The translations under genes were made by a program, and so were the position numbers. From Candidatus Woesearchaeota archaeon (lineage in GTDB: Archaea > Nanobdellota > Nanobdellia > Woesearchaeales > UBA583), in the NCBI GenBank assembly GCA_965205335.1, contig OZ242164.1, positions 288,001 through 352,000 on the forward strand: a stretch of 64,000 bases of DNA, read 5' to 3'. Shown piece by piece: positions 29,734 through 39,357 of this stretch. Below the pieces are notes generated by a model. It made no database searches. It had not been told where the DNA came from and was given only the letters and a program-made list of their open reading frames with translations. Position 1 is the stretch's first letter; the number at the start of each line of letters is the position of its first letter.

Positions 29734-30235
29734 GTATTTAATGGACATGAGCACTTTAAAAGATATTAAAGATAATCTTTCTCTCATTGAAGGAATCTGG
29801 GAGTTTATCAATAAACTATATGAAGAAGGAAAAATTATTTTAATAAAAGAATTAGAAGAAGAAATTAAAAAAGGCGATGATAAGGATTTTCTTAAAAAAG
29901 AATTTATTAAAGATAAAAAAATTATTGATGAAAAGAAAACCCAAGATTTTATAGATAGTTATAAGGAAGTAGTTAGTAATTTGCCAGAAGATATTACTGA
30001 GAATTCTATTAAGATAGAGAAACTTGAAAAGGGATGCGATTTTTACTTAGTAGTTTATGCTTACTTCTACAGATTTAAAAGAAATGAGAGAAATGTTTTT
30101 ATCTTAACAAACGAAAGAAAAAAGGGAAACCAACTTAAAATTCCTTATATTGCAGAATTTAGTGGTTGTGAGTGTGTGGACTTCACCCAATTTTTAGAAA
30201 AAGAAGAAAAAAAGGTTAAACTGGTTGATTTATAA
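29720..30235 (+). CDS. DUF4411-like PIN-domain protein
   Basis: YLMDMSTL, EEEI, CDFYLVVYA, LTNE, KIPYIA; overlaps the peptidase stop. Confidence 0.7.
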   Translation: MKMNKYLMDMSTLKDIKDNLSLIEGIWEFINKLYEEGKIILIKELEEEIKKGDDKDFLKKEFIKDKKIIDEKKTQDFIDSYKEVVSNLPEDITENSIKIEKLEKGCDFYLVVYAYFYRFKRNERNVFILTNERKKGNQLKIPYIAEFSGCECVDFTQFLEKEEKKVKLVDL

Positions 30236-30343
30236 GAGAATAGAAAAAATATTCCTAAGTGTAATGAACTTAAAAAAATACCCAGTTATCTCCATTTTCA
30301 AACATACTACCTTTGATAGAGAGAATACATACTCACTAAATTA

Positions 30344-31744
30344 TCACTTATCAAACTGAACCTTTGCTTTTCTGCATGCATTCCTGACTATCTCTGGAAG
30401 CGCAGGGTGAACATAAATCATATAAAGCATATCATCTAACTTTGCATTAAAAGTCATTGCATAAATCATCTGATGAATCATTGTTGACGCCTGAGGTCCT
30501 ATAATATGTGCACCAATTAACTTTTGAGTCTTCTTATGAAATAATAACTTAACAAAACCATAATCTGATAAAAACGCCTGCCCCATAGCACTATCCTCAT
30601 ATTTATTCAGCCCAACCACATAAGGAATCTTCTTCTCAATCAAATCCTGCTCTGTATATCCAACCCCTGCAACCTGAGGACTTGAAAAAATCGCATGAGG
30701 CATAGGAGGGTACTTAATAGGTTTCTTCTCACTCTTATCAATCAGAACCGAAACCAAATAATCCGTTTCAAAATTAACACTGTGCCTAAACAAATAATTC
30801 CCAACGCAATCACCAATTGCATAAACTCCCTTAACACCAGTTTCCATATATTCATTCACGCAAATAAACCCAAACCTATTTGTCTTAATCTTTGTATTTT
30901 CAAGTTTGAGCAAATCACCATTTGGCTTAACCCCTGTTGCAACAAGCAAATTATCTCCCTTAACTGTTCTTGTTTTCCCATCCTCATCAGTATGCTTTAT
31001 TATAAATTCCTTATTTTTATACTCAACAGAAACAATTGTTCGCAACTTGGAAATCTTATACTTCTTCTCAAAAACTCTTGTAAACTCATCAATCACATCC
31101 TTATCCTCTCTTGAAACAAAAGGACCTCTTGACAGAAAATGAACATCAGTTCCAAGATTTGAATAAGCGCATCCAAGTTCCACTGCAATATACCCTCCGC
31201 CAATCACAACTAACTTCTTCGGCTGTCTCTCTGCCCTCAGAGCATCCGTTGAAGTCCAGTACGGAGTATCTTTAAGACCTGGAATCGGAGGAATATTAGG
31301 TCTTGCCCCAACAGCAATTACAATCTTTTTCGCTGTAATCTTCTTAGAACCAACCTTAATAACCTTATCTGATACAAACTCTGCCTTAGACTTATACCAA
31401 TCAAGATTCTCAAAACTATTCCTGTATATCTTTGCGAGATGATCTGACTCACCAAAAACAGTATCTGTAATTCTCCCTGTTAATTTCCCAAATCTTACCT
31501 CAAACTTCCTATCAACAATCAAATCAAACTTCTTTGCATTATGTATCTCCTCTGCAACATCAGCAGCATGAATTAACATCTTAGACGGAATACATCCCCT
31601 ATTCAGACAAGTTCCTCCAATCCTCTCTCTCTCAACTACTGCAACACTCAAACCCTTTCTTCTCGCAGACTTCACAATATTCGCCCCTCCGCCTGCACCA
31701 ATCACAATCAAATCATACTCAATAACACTCATAATAAAAAACAA
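30344..31744 (-). CDS. Pyridine nucleotide-disulfide oxidoreductase (dihydrolipoamide dehydrogenase/mycothione reductase family)
   Basis: GAGGG FAD motif, GGTCLNRGCIPSK, GGGYIAVE, HPALPE. Confidence 0.9.
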   Translation of the reverse strand: MFFIMSVIEYDLIVIGAGGGANIVKSARRKGLSVAVVERERIGGTCLNRGCIPSKMLIHAADVAEEIHNAKKFDLIVDRKFEVRFGKLTGRITDTVFGESDHLAKIYRNSFENLDWYKSKAEFVSDKVIKVGSKKITAKKIVIAVGARPNIPPIPGLKDTPYWTSTDALRAERQPKKLVVIGGGYIAVELGCAYSNLGTDVHFLSRGPFVSREDKDVIDEFTRVFEKKYKISKLRTIVSVEYKNKEFIIKHTDEDGKTRTVKGDNLLVATGVKPNGDLLKLENTKIKTNRFGFICVNEYMETGVKGVYAIGDCVGNYLFRHSVNFETDYLVSVLIDKSEKKPIKYPPMPHAIFSSPQVAGVGYTEQDLIEKKIPYVVGLNKYEDSAMGQAFLSDYGFVKLLFHKKTQKLIGAHIIGPQASTMIHQMIYAMTFNAKLDDMLYMIYVHPALPEIVRNACRKAKVQFDK

Positions 31745-31841
31745 AAAAACCCATTTATAAAAAATAAGTTTAACTCCCTAATAAAAAAAGATAAAAAATA
31801 CAATCCATTTTATTTTTAAACCCTTACATATTTCCTATAAT

Positions 31842-33596
31842 ATGACAACAGATGCAAAAGAAAATATGTTTAACGAACTCATTTCTGACATCCTAAACAA
31901 AGAATCCATTGACTTCAAAAAACTAAACAACCTCAAAATATCATACGCTAAAAAATACAAATACAAAGAAATCATAAAAAACCCTCAGATTATTGCATTC
32001 TGCAACGACAAAAACAGAAAACAAATCATAAAAAAACTAAACATAAAACCAATCAGAGAACTATCAGGTGTAACTGTTGTTGCCCTATTCTCAAAACCAC
32101 ACAGCTGCCCCCATGGAAAATGCATGTACTGCCCGGGAGGACCTAACTCGCCATTTGGAGACACCCCTCAATCATACACTGGAGAAGAACCTGCCGCAAA
32201 AAGAGCAATAAGAAACCACTTTGATCCCTACCTTCAAATATTCAACAGATTAGAACACTACATAATAAACGGACACAACCCTGACAAAATAGAACTCATC
32301 TTTATGGGAGGAACATTTCCAAGCCTTGAAAAAGAATACAGAGACGAATTCGTAAAAAACACATACAAAGCAATCAATGACTTTGGAGACTCATTCATAA
32401 AAACAAACAAAGACGGAAAAAAAACAATAAACTATGAAAACTTCAATAAATTCTTTGAAACAAAAGAAGACTTTAGAGCCCAAAACAGACAAACAAAATT
32501 ACACAAAAAAATCCTCAAACTAAAACAAAAAAACCAACTAAAATTACAACAGGAAATAAAAAGAAATGAAACAGCAAAAATAAGATGCATAGGCTTAACA
32601 ATTGAAACAAAACCAGACTGGGCTCTAAAAGAACACTGCAACGAAATGCTCAGATACGGATGCACAAGATTTGAAGTAGGAGTTCAGACACTAAACGAAG
32701 ACTGCTTAAAAAAAACAAACCGAGGACACACACTAAATGATACAAAAAAATCCTTCCAGACAATGAAAGATATGTGCTTTAAAATTAATGCTCATATGAT
32801 GTTAGGACTTCCAGCATCAACCCTTGAAATAGACGAAAAATCCCTAACAGACCTATTTGAACTACCTGATTACAGACCTGATATGCTAAAAATATATCCG
32901 TGTTTAGTAGTATTAGGCACTCCTCTCTACAATATGTGGAAAAAAGGAATGTTTGAACCAATCAACACAAAAAAAGCATCCCAGATAATAGCAAGAGCCT
33001 ACTCTAAATTTCCAAGATACGTTAGAGTTATGAGAGTTCAAAGAGACATACCGACAACTCTTGTAAATGAAGGAGTTCAGAACTCAAACCTAAGACAATT
33101 TGTTGAAAAAGAAATGGAGAAACAAAAAATCCAGTCAAAAGACATACGGGCAAGAGAAATAGGACTAAGACAAATGCAGGGAATAAAAACTGGCAAATTC
33201 CAAATCAAAACACAAGAATATGGCTCATCATCAGGAAAAGAATTTTTCATAGATATTGCCGATGAAAACGACACAATGATTGGTTTCATCCGTTTAAGAT
33301 TCCCCTCCAAATACAACCTAAGACCAGAAATCACAAAACAAACAGCCCTGATAAGAGAACTTCACATATACGGACAGACAATTCCAGTTGGAGAAAGCAA
33401 TCAAAAAGACGAAACAAAAAATAACTCAAAATCCCAGCACAAAGGATGGGGAAGAAAACTCCTATCAAAAGCAGAACAAATTGCAAAACAAAACGGATAC
33501 AAAAAAATGGCAATAATATCAGGAATTGGAGTTAGAGAATACTACAGAAAATTCAGATATGAATTAGAAGGAGCATATATGGTTAAAAACCTGTAA
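31842..33596 (+). CDS. elp3: Elp3 tRNA uridine(34) modification radical SAM/GNAT enzyme
   Basis: CPHGKCMYC, PQSYTG.EP, ETKPD, LKIYP, RVQRDIP, RELHIYG, QHKGWG, ISGIGVREYY. Confidence 0.95.
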   Translation: MTTDAKENMFNELISDILNKESIDFKKLNNLKISYAKKYKYKEIIKNPQIIAFCNDKNRKQIIKKLNIKPIRELSGVTVVALFSKPHSCPHGKCMYCPGGPNSPFGDTPQSYTGEEPAAKRAIRNHFDPYLQIFNRLEHYIINGHNPDKIELIFMGGTFPSLEKEYRDEFVKNTYKAINDFGDSFIKTNKDGKKTINYENFNKFFETKEDFRAQNRQTKLHKKILKLKQKNQLKLQQEIKRNETAKIRCIGLTIETKPDWALKEHCNEMLRYGCTRFEVGVQTLNEDCLKKTNRGHTLNDTKKSFQTMKDMCFKINAHMMLGLPASTLEIDEKSLTDLFELPDYRPDMLKIYPCLVVLGTPLYNMWKKGMFEPINTKKASQIIARAYSKFPRYVRVMRVQRDIPTTLVNEGVQNSNLRQFVEKEMEKQKIQSKDIRAREIGLRQMQGIKTGKFQIKTQEYGSSSGKEFFIDIADENDTMIGFIRLRFPSKYNLRPEITKQTALIRELHIYGQTIPVGESNQKDETKNNSKSQHKGWGRKLLSKAEQIAKQNGYKKMAIISGIGVREYYRKFRYELEGAYMVKNL

Positions 33597-33750
33597 AACA
33601 TCTATAAACAGAATACTATGGCTAAAATCAAACAGGCAGAAAAAGACACTGATATAACCATTTTGACAGAAATCAAAATATAACGTTATTCTTTTAAGTT
33701 TAAAATTATCAAAAATATGCAGACTGTGAGGCACACTTTTAATTAATACA

Positions 33751-34011
33751 TTATTTCTTCTTTTTCTTGTTAATATATTTTTGTTGTTTTCCCCCCTTTC
33801 CTGATTTTTGGGATGTTTGGACATCATCAACTATAACTTTACCATCACATTTTTTAGTTCTTCCTAAAATTTTAGTGTTATTATTAAATGGTCTTTCAAT
33901 TAAATAGTTTAATTTTCTATAAATTATCCTTTTACTTTTTTCATCTAATCCTTCAACAAAATCACTAACTTTATCTTCAATCTCTAAAATATAAAGCCGT
34001 TGTTCTTTCAC
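33751..34011 (-). pseudogene. RelE-like toxin, probably C-terminally truncated
   Basis: Y.LEI...V..F...LD.....I.RKL..L...P is RelE-like; no R..G.YR core follows. Confidence 0.5.
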
Positions 34012-34130
34012 TTTAAACTTTGCATTTTCTTTGCCATCTCATCAACTGTTGGCGGTTGTTTGAATATAAGAGTATGATACTTTTTCCCTCTTCCATCAAA
34101 TATTTTTTTTAATTTTGCATCCATATACAT
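34008..34130 (-). CDS. 40-aa putative antitoxin (below the ORF-track cutoff)
   Basis: MYMDAKLKKIFDGRGKKYHTLIFKQPPTVDEMAKKMQSLK*; GTGA overlap with the RelE-like start. Confidence 0.4.
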   Translation of the reverse strand: MYMDAKLKKIFDGRGKKYHTLIFKQPPTVDEMAKKMQSLK

Positions 34131-34219
34131 TTATAAATTTAAACATCTATAAATTTAACTCAAACCTGGCACTGTTCATAAATTCAAATTTAAGAATTAA
34201 CAACTCGAAAAAATAATGT

Positions 34220-34798
34220 TTAATTTTTTATACTAAGAGTAAACTCAAGTTCTTCTTTATAGAAATCAAATAATGTGTATGGCAAATTTCTACACCAAAT
34301 ATCTTCATTATCTTTTTTACAAATTCTAGGAATCTTATCTATTAATTTTTTATCTTTCACAAAACTCTCTTCAGTAATTAAAATTACTTTTTTATCTTTT
34401 GATTTCAATAGATTTGCATATGCTATTAGATATAAATCAGCATGAGTTGTTTCATATTTTTCTAAATCTGCATCAATTCGAATTTTATTATTGTCATAGA
34501 ATTTTTCATTTTCAACTATATAATATTTTTCCATAAGGTTTTGAACTTCATTAAAAACAATTAGGGATTTAATAACTGAATTCTTAACTTCTTCTTTAAA
34601 TTCATCATAATCTCTACTTCTTAATTCATCAAATACTTTATCTAATAGAATAATTTCTCCTGATTTGATTTTTTCTATTAAAAAATCTTTAAGGCCTTCA
34701 AAAATTATTTTATGTTCATGTTTTGAGTAGTATTGATGATAATATCTAAAAAAATTCATTATACTGGAAGCATCAATTAACACATTATCAAATTTCAT
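34220..34798 (-). CDS. DUF4411-like PIN-domain protein
   Basis: LIDASSI, VFDEL, ADLYLIAYA, LITEE, KIPRIC. Confidence 0.75.
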   Translation of the reverse strand: MKFDNVLIDASSIMNFFRYYHQYYSKHEHKIIFEGLKDFLIEKIKSGEIILLDKVFDELRSRDYDEFKEEVKNSVIKSLIVFNEVQNLMEKYYIVENEKFYDNNKIRIDADLEKYETTHADLYLIAYANLLKSKDKKVILITEESFVKDKKLIDKIPRICKKDNEDIWCRNLPYTLFDFYKEELEFTLSIKN

Positions 34799-36036
34799 GA
34801 ATAAATCACCTCGTCAAATGATTTATTTTTAACTCCTAAACTTTCCATAACTCTATTTTGATTTATATTTCCTTCAAAATAATTTATCCTAACTAATTCT
34901 TTAAATAATTTTGATTCAATAGCTACTTTTTGCCCAAAATGAAGAGTTCTTCCTTCTTTTTCTGCTTGTTCCTTCTCTAAATTTCTTCGTAGTTTTAGCT
35001 CTTGTTTTTCTTGATTAATTCTTTCAATAATGTCGGAATGTATTTGATTATAATTTTGTCGTGATATTTGATTGTTGATTCTTAACCTTGTATATAACGC
35101 AAAATTACTCAAATGAGTTTCTTCTGTAATTGTATTAATTATATCTTTGTGAAATTTATTATGTTTATTAACTTCTGAAAGTTGCTTTAACTTATCATCA
35201 TATTTTCCTACTAAAAAGAAATATGAAAAATCATAACACCACCTTTCAACATCATTCATATTATTTGAATAACTCTCTCCTACTACATCATCAATTTCTT
35301 CTTGTTCTAATAAATAATGAGCAAATTCATGCATTAGAGTAAAAATTTCTCTCTTAAGATATTCTTGTTGTCTTTTAATTACAATTAAATTAGGACGCAT
35401 AAAAAAACCGTTAAAATTAGCAACAAGTTCTTCTTTTTTCTTATAATCAATAAATTCAAATACAAATACATTAAATTCCTCAATTATCCTAACTAAATTT
35501 TCAAGATAATCTCTATCACTTTTTGATGATTTTAAAGATTTACTTTTTTTTAATTTTTCTTCAACTAAACTAAATTCTTTTCTAATCTCTGTTGCAACCT
35601 CTTTAACATCGTCAGTTAAATTATATTTTTTTAATTTTCTTTCAGCTTTGAAATTAATAGAATTACAATAATTCTCTATTTCAATTTTTTTTCTTTCAAA
35701 TTCTTCAATTAATTTTACTGAGCCTAAATTTAGTTCAGCATTAAACTTATCTTTTCTAAAAAATATACTTAGTTTATCTTTTTCTGGCAAATCCCTTTTA
35801 GTGATATACCAAGTCAATCCTTTCTCAAATATCTTGTCAATTTTCTTTAAAACACTAAATTTTACTTTTCTATTATTATTAAGGACTTCTTCTAACTCTT
35901 CTAATGTTAACACAGGGTTTTTATTATCTCCTTTTAATAAATCTAAAAAATTCTCTTTTGATAACTTAAATAACTCTAAAAGATAGTTTAACCTTTTAGG
36001 ATTTAATACAAATTCCGTGCTATTGCTTAAATTCAT
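34795..36036 (-). CDS. ImmA/IrrE (COG2856) metallopeptidase with degenerate N-terminal HTH
   Basis: REIFTLMHEFAHYLL, VERWC; ATGA overlap with the PIN gene. Confidence 0.85.
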   Translation of the reverse strand: MNLSNSTEFVLNPKRLNYLLELFKLSKENFLDLLKGDNKNPVLTLEELEEVLNNNRKVKFSVLKKIDKIFEKGLTWYITKRDLPEKDKLSIFFRKDKFNAELNLGSVKLIEEFERKKIEIENYCNSINFKAERKLKKYNLTDDVKEVATEIRKEFSLVEEKLKKSKSLKSSKSDRDYLENLVRIIEEFNVFVFEFIDYKKKEELVANFNGFFMRPNLIVIKRQQEYLKREIFTLMHEFAHYLLEQEEIDDVVGESYSNNMNDVERWCYDFSYFFLVGKYDDKLKQLSEVNKHNKFHKDIINTITEETHLSNFALYTRLRINNQISRQNYNQIHSDIIERINQEKQELKLRRNLEKEQAEKEGRTLHFGQKVAIESKLFKELVRINYFEGNINQNRVMESLGVKNKSFDEVIYS

Positions 36037-36098
36037 ACTTATATATAATTCATATAGATAAATTATTAAAACTTTGCTTTAAAAATGTTTGTTATTTA

Positions 36099-36209
36099 GG
36101 GCTCTGTCCAGAAATTGTTTTCTCCAAAATCTATGCTAACTAAATTCAATCAAAGAAAAAAATTATTCATCAAAAATTGCTCTATTTCTTGAATTTCTGG
36201 ACAAAGCCC
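36099..36209. mobile_element. 111-bp MITE-like element with 18-bp terminal inverted repeats (IS5/IS903-like ends)
   Basis: GGGCTCTGTCCAGAAATT ... AATTTCTGGACAAAGCCC (1 mismatch). The right half recurs at about 59247-59302. Confidence 0.75.
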
Positions 36210-36217
36210 GGAATTCG

Positions 36218-36357
36218 GGTACTGTTCAATTTTAGGGGGATAAAGATTTTATCATAATTTTTTTCCAATTAGGTTTTACATCTAATCCGCTCACTTGTGC
36301 AGGAGTAAGACCGCCTAAACCCAGATGAGGTTTAACAAAGTTATAGTAGTTCTTGAA
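36218..36357 (-). mobile_element. IS6-like element remnant: transposase C-terminus and terminal repeat
   Basis: Minus strand reads FKNYYNFVKPHLGLGGLTPAQVSGL; boundary GGTACTGTTCA resembles IS6-family GGCACTGT ends. Confidence 0.7.
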
Positions 36358-36577
36358 ACCAAAATTATTTAGACATACTTTGAAGGATTATAGTGCCTTT
36401 AGTGGAGAAATCAAAGAAATGTATAAAAGAACACCCAGTATTGATGAAAAAATAAAATTGATAGGTTTGAAGATGAAATTAAATAAAGAAATGTATGATC
36501 TAAACGAAAAAATAATGTTTAATTTTGAAACTTTTCCAAACTATATACAATTATATACGCTTGTAAATAAACTGTAA
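36353..36577 (+). pseudogene. Fragment of small paralogous helical protein
   Basis: EIKEMYKRTPSIDEKIKLIGLK motif shared with neighbouring ORFs; begins at the IS junction. Confidence 0.4.
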
Positions 36578-36681
36578 CAAATTGTATCATTTTATGTGTT
36601 TTTTTTTGTTGTTATTCTGCATAATGATTATATATACTTGTAAACAAACTACAACGAATCATATCATTTTATGTGTTTTTT
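36552..36681 (+). repeat. Two imperfect direct repeats of about 52 bp
   Basis: TATATAC..TTGTAAA.AAACT..AAC.AAT..TATCATTTTATGTGTTTTTT at about 36552 and 36630. Confidence 0.7.
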
Positions 36682-37324
36682 AACTTTCCATTTGCATATC
36701 ATTATCCTGACTTGTTTGGATGTCCTCATCCATTTCATCCTTGATGTCTTCATCCTGTTCTCCTACTTTGGTGCTATCATTATGTTCTTCTCCTTCAATG
36801 TCATCATCTTTTTCTGTTTGGATGTCTTTATCCATTTCATCCTTGATGTCTTCATCCAGTTCTTCTGCTTCAATGTTATCATTCTGATCTGTCTGGTTGC
36901 TAGCTTCTTGTTGTTCTAACTCTTTCTGAATTCGTTCCTTTTCATCTTTATCCTCATACGAATAACTTAGGTCCCAACTATCACAGAAATTCTTAACATC
37001 TTTTATATATTTAAATTTCAACTGAACAACTCTTTCTTTTTCTCCTACTGTTTCAGACTCTAATGATATTTTTTGTATGTCATCTCTCAAATTCAAAAGA
37101 TCACCTAATACTAAAGTAGGTAAGTCATATTGATTTATCTCTTCTTTTACTCTTAGGTTAAATAGTCTTATGTAACTCCTTGCAGTCTGTATGTTGACAT
37201 CATAAGCCTCAGCAATATACTTAGATGATGTAACATTTTTTCCTGATTTCCATTTCATAATTATATCATCAACAATGTGATCAGTCCGCGTTAACTTTTT
37301 ATTCATTTTATTATTTTCATCCAT
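36680..37324 (-). CDS. HTH-containing hypothetical protein with acidic repeat tail
   Basis: SSKYIAEAYDVNIQTARSYI (HTH-like); DEDIKDEMD.DIQT twice. Confidence 0.55.
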   Translation of the reverse strand: MDENNKMNKKLTRTDHIVDDIIMKWKSGKNVTSSKYIAEAYDVNIQTARSYIRLFNLRVKEEINQYDLPTLVLGDLLNLRDDIQKISLESETVGEKERVVQLKFKYIKDVKNFCDSWDLSYSYEDKDEKERIQKELEQQEASNQTDQNDNIEAEELDEDIKDEMDKDIQTEKDDDIEGEEHNDSTKVGEQDEDIKDEMDEDIQTSQDNDMQMES

Positions 37325-37390
37325 TTTTTAATAAATAATTGTCGCAAAGATAAACTGAATTATCTAAGCATGAATAATCATCATATTCCA

Positions 37391-37470
37391 TCCTTTATAA
37401 AGATGCTTACTTCAAGTGACACCAAAAAATATATAAACGATTATATACTGTTATTTATTAAAAAACCATA
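37391..37470 (-). promoter_or_regulatory. Conserved upstream element copy 1 (copy 2 at 38330-38400)
   Basis: Plus strand TCCTTTATAAAGATGCTTA.T...A.GTGACACC...TATAAACG..TTATTTAT.AAAAA in both copies. Confidence 0.6.
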
Positions 37471-37629
37471 TTTAGTTCTTATTTATTTCAAGTGAATGTT
37501 AGTTTAAATAATCAACTCTGCTATACTTTTTCTTATATTGTTCCCCTTTTATCCAATTCCCATTAAAGCTTTCCATTTTTTATCAGATTCACTTAAAACC
37601 TCTTTAACAAAAATTGAATTGCAAGGATT

Positions 37630-37941
37630 CTATTTCTTCAAATCTGAAATCTGCTGAGAAAATTTTTGCCTACTTTTTAAATAATTTTCTTTTGATAGAT
37701 AGGCCTCATTCAATTTATCCCTTTTAATATTAGTCATTTGTTCGCCTAATTTACTTTCTAAATCCATAAGTTTTATTTTTTTCTTAAAACAATTTGTACT
37801 TTTTAACATTTTCCTAACCTCTTTTTTCCAATATAAAAAACTTCTCAAAGCAATATTATATAGTTCCGTATCTGAAATGTCTCTGCTCCCATTCTCAGTT
37901 GAATTTTTATTCTGCTCCGAATTACTATTATTTGCCATCAT
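37630..37941 (-). CDS. Small hypothetical protein (paralogous family)
   Basis: Likely start MMANNS at 37941; KKEVRKMLKSTNCFKKKIKLMDL motif. Confidence 0.5.
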   Translation of the reverse strand: MMANNSNSEQNKNSTENGSRDISDTELYNIALRSFLYWKKEVRKMLKSTNCFKKKIKLMDLESKLGEQMTNIKRDKLNEAYLSKENYLKSRQKFSQQISDLKK

Positions 37942-37954
37942 TATAAACTCACCA

Positions 37955-38305
37955 TTATGATTCTGAGGGTGAAATAGACCTCCAAAATTCATCTTTCTTT
38001 TTCTGCCTGATTCTAAGCATTTGCAAGTCTTGCTTAATATCAAACTCAATTAATTTAATCCTTTTATTAATGTTTTTTGTGTTCTTAAACATTTTTATAG
38101 TTACATTCTTCTGATCAATATAATTCCCATAATAATTATTAATTGATAGATTAAGTTGAGTCATTGAATTAAAGTATTCTTCCAGAATAGGTAGTCTAAA
38201 TTTTCTTTCTTCTCTAAAATCTTCAACTAAATTATTAAGGAGTTCTTTTATAGGAATATCTGTTTTTCCTTCATCCGAAAAAGACTTCTTACTATTTTTT
38301 TCCAT
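37955..38305 (-). CDS. Small hypothetical protein (paralogous family)
   Basis: Likely start MEKNS at 38305; IKMFKNTKNINKRIKLIEF motif. Confidence 0.5.
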   Translation of the reverse strand: MEKNSKKSFSDEGKTDIPIKELLNNLVEDFREERKFRLPILEEYFNSMTQLNLSINNYYGNYIDQKNVTIKMFKNTKNINKRIKLIEFDIKQDLQMLRIRQKKKDEFWRSISPSES

Positions 38306-38697
38306 CTTAATAATATTAAGAAACTTTTGTCCTTTATAAAGATGCTTATTCTTACGTGACACCTTAAATTTATAAACGGTTATTTATAAAAAAACTATAA
38401 ATTAATCCTATAATAGGGCTTCCTTAAATTTTTTCTCAAATTCATATTGTGATTTAAGATTATAGAACTCTAAACCAATCATTTAAATTATATCTTCAAT
38501 ATCCTCTTCTAAAAAGATTAATATTGATTTTTCTATTTTATTTAAAGATTCTTTATTTTTCAAATATCTTAAATTATAATTTGAGTATCTAATTGTTTCA
38601 TTTAATCTTTCGTAGAATTTCTCTTTATACTTTAAAATTAATCCTCTAATTTCTTCAGTTGACTTTTCATTAAAAACAAACTGTGAATTCTCACTTT

Positions 38698-39215
38698 TTA
38701 AAACTCCTTCTTTACATATTTAATAGGGTTCTGGCTTCCCTTTTTCCAATATTTAGAGACATCTTTATTATAATATTTATCCCATATCTTTTTACTTGCT
38801 GGTTTACCATCAAAACCTTTTCTGTCATTCCCCATAAACCCTTTTATGTTATTTTCGTATATTCCCCATTCTTTGATTTCAAAAACTCCTTTAACAATTC
38901 CACTGTGCACACTACATGCATACTTAATGTTTTTAACACTCTCTAGACTAACCACCCAAGATGCTCTTGTTGTTTCATATAATTCTTTCTTTGACATACC
39001 TTTTCTATAAAGATTGTTAATATTAATTAAAATTAGATGGTGTTCAACATCTATTAGAGGTTCAGCTAAGAACTCATCAATTTCTTTAATTTGTGAATGA
39101 TGACCTCTAACTTTATTAGTTAAGTTCTCTATACCTATCAAATCACCTCATCTTTTTTCAAAGGATCTCTCAATAGATAAACGTAATATTTTTCCAAGTT
39201 ATATTTTTGATTCAT
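38698..39215 (-). pseudogene. LEM-3-like GIY-YIG nuclease with internal deletion
   Basis: MNQKYNLEKYYVYLLRDPLKKDEV is joined out of frame to LIGIENLTNKVRGHHS; the YxG/R/E core is missing. Confidence 0.65.
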
Positions 39216-39357
39216 TTTAAATTTAATTTTTATAAATTTCTTATATAACCTTGTATCCTTTATTGAATGGATATAATAAAAAAAACATAGAGTTCCCAAG
39301 AACAATCAGAACCTTTAGTTAGAAATATATATAAATAAGCTACTAAATATCTTTTAT

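Noticed and set aside
38480-38690. Start-less open frame of about 65 codons on the minus strand
   Set aside because: No recognisable motif; it could be a gene remnant or chance in AT-rich DNA.
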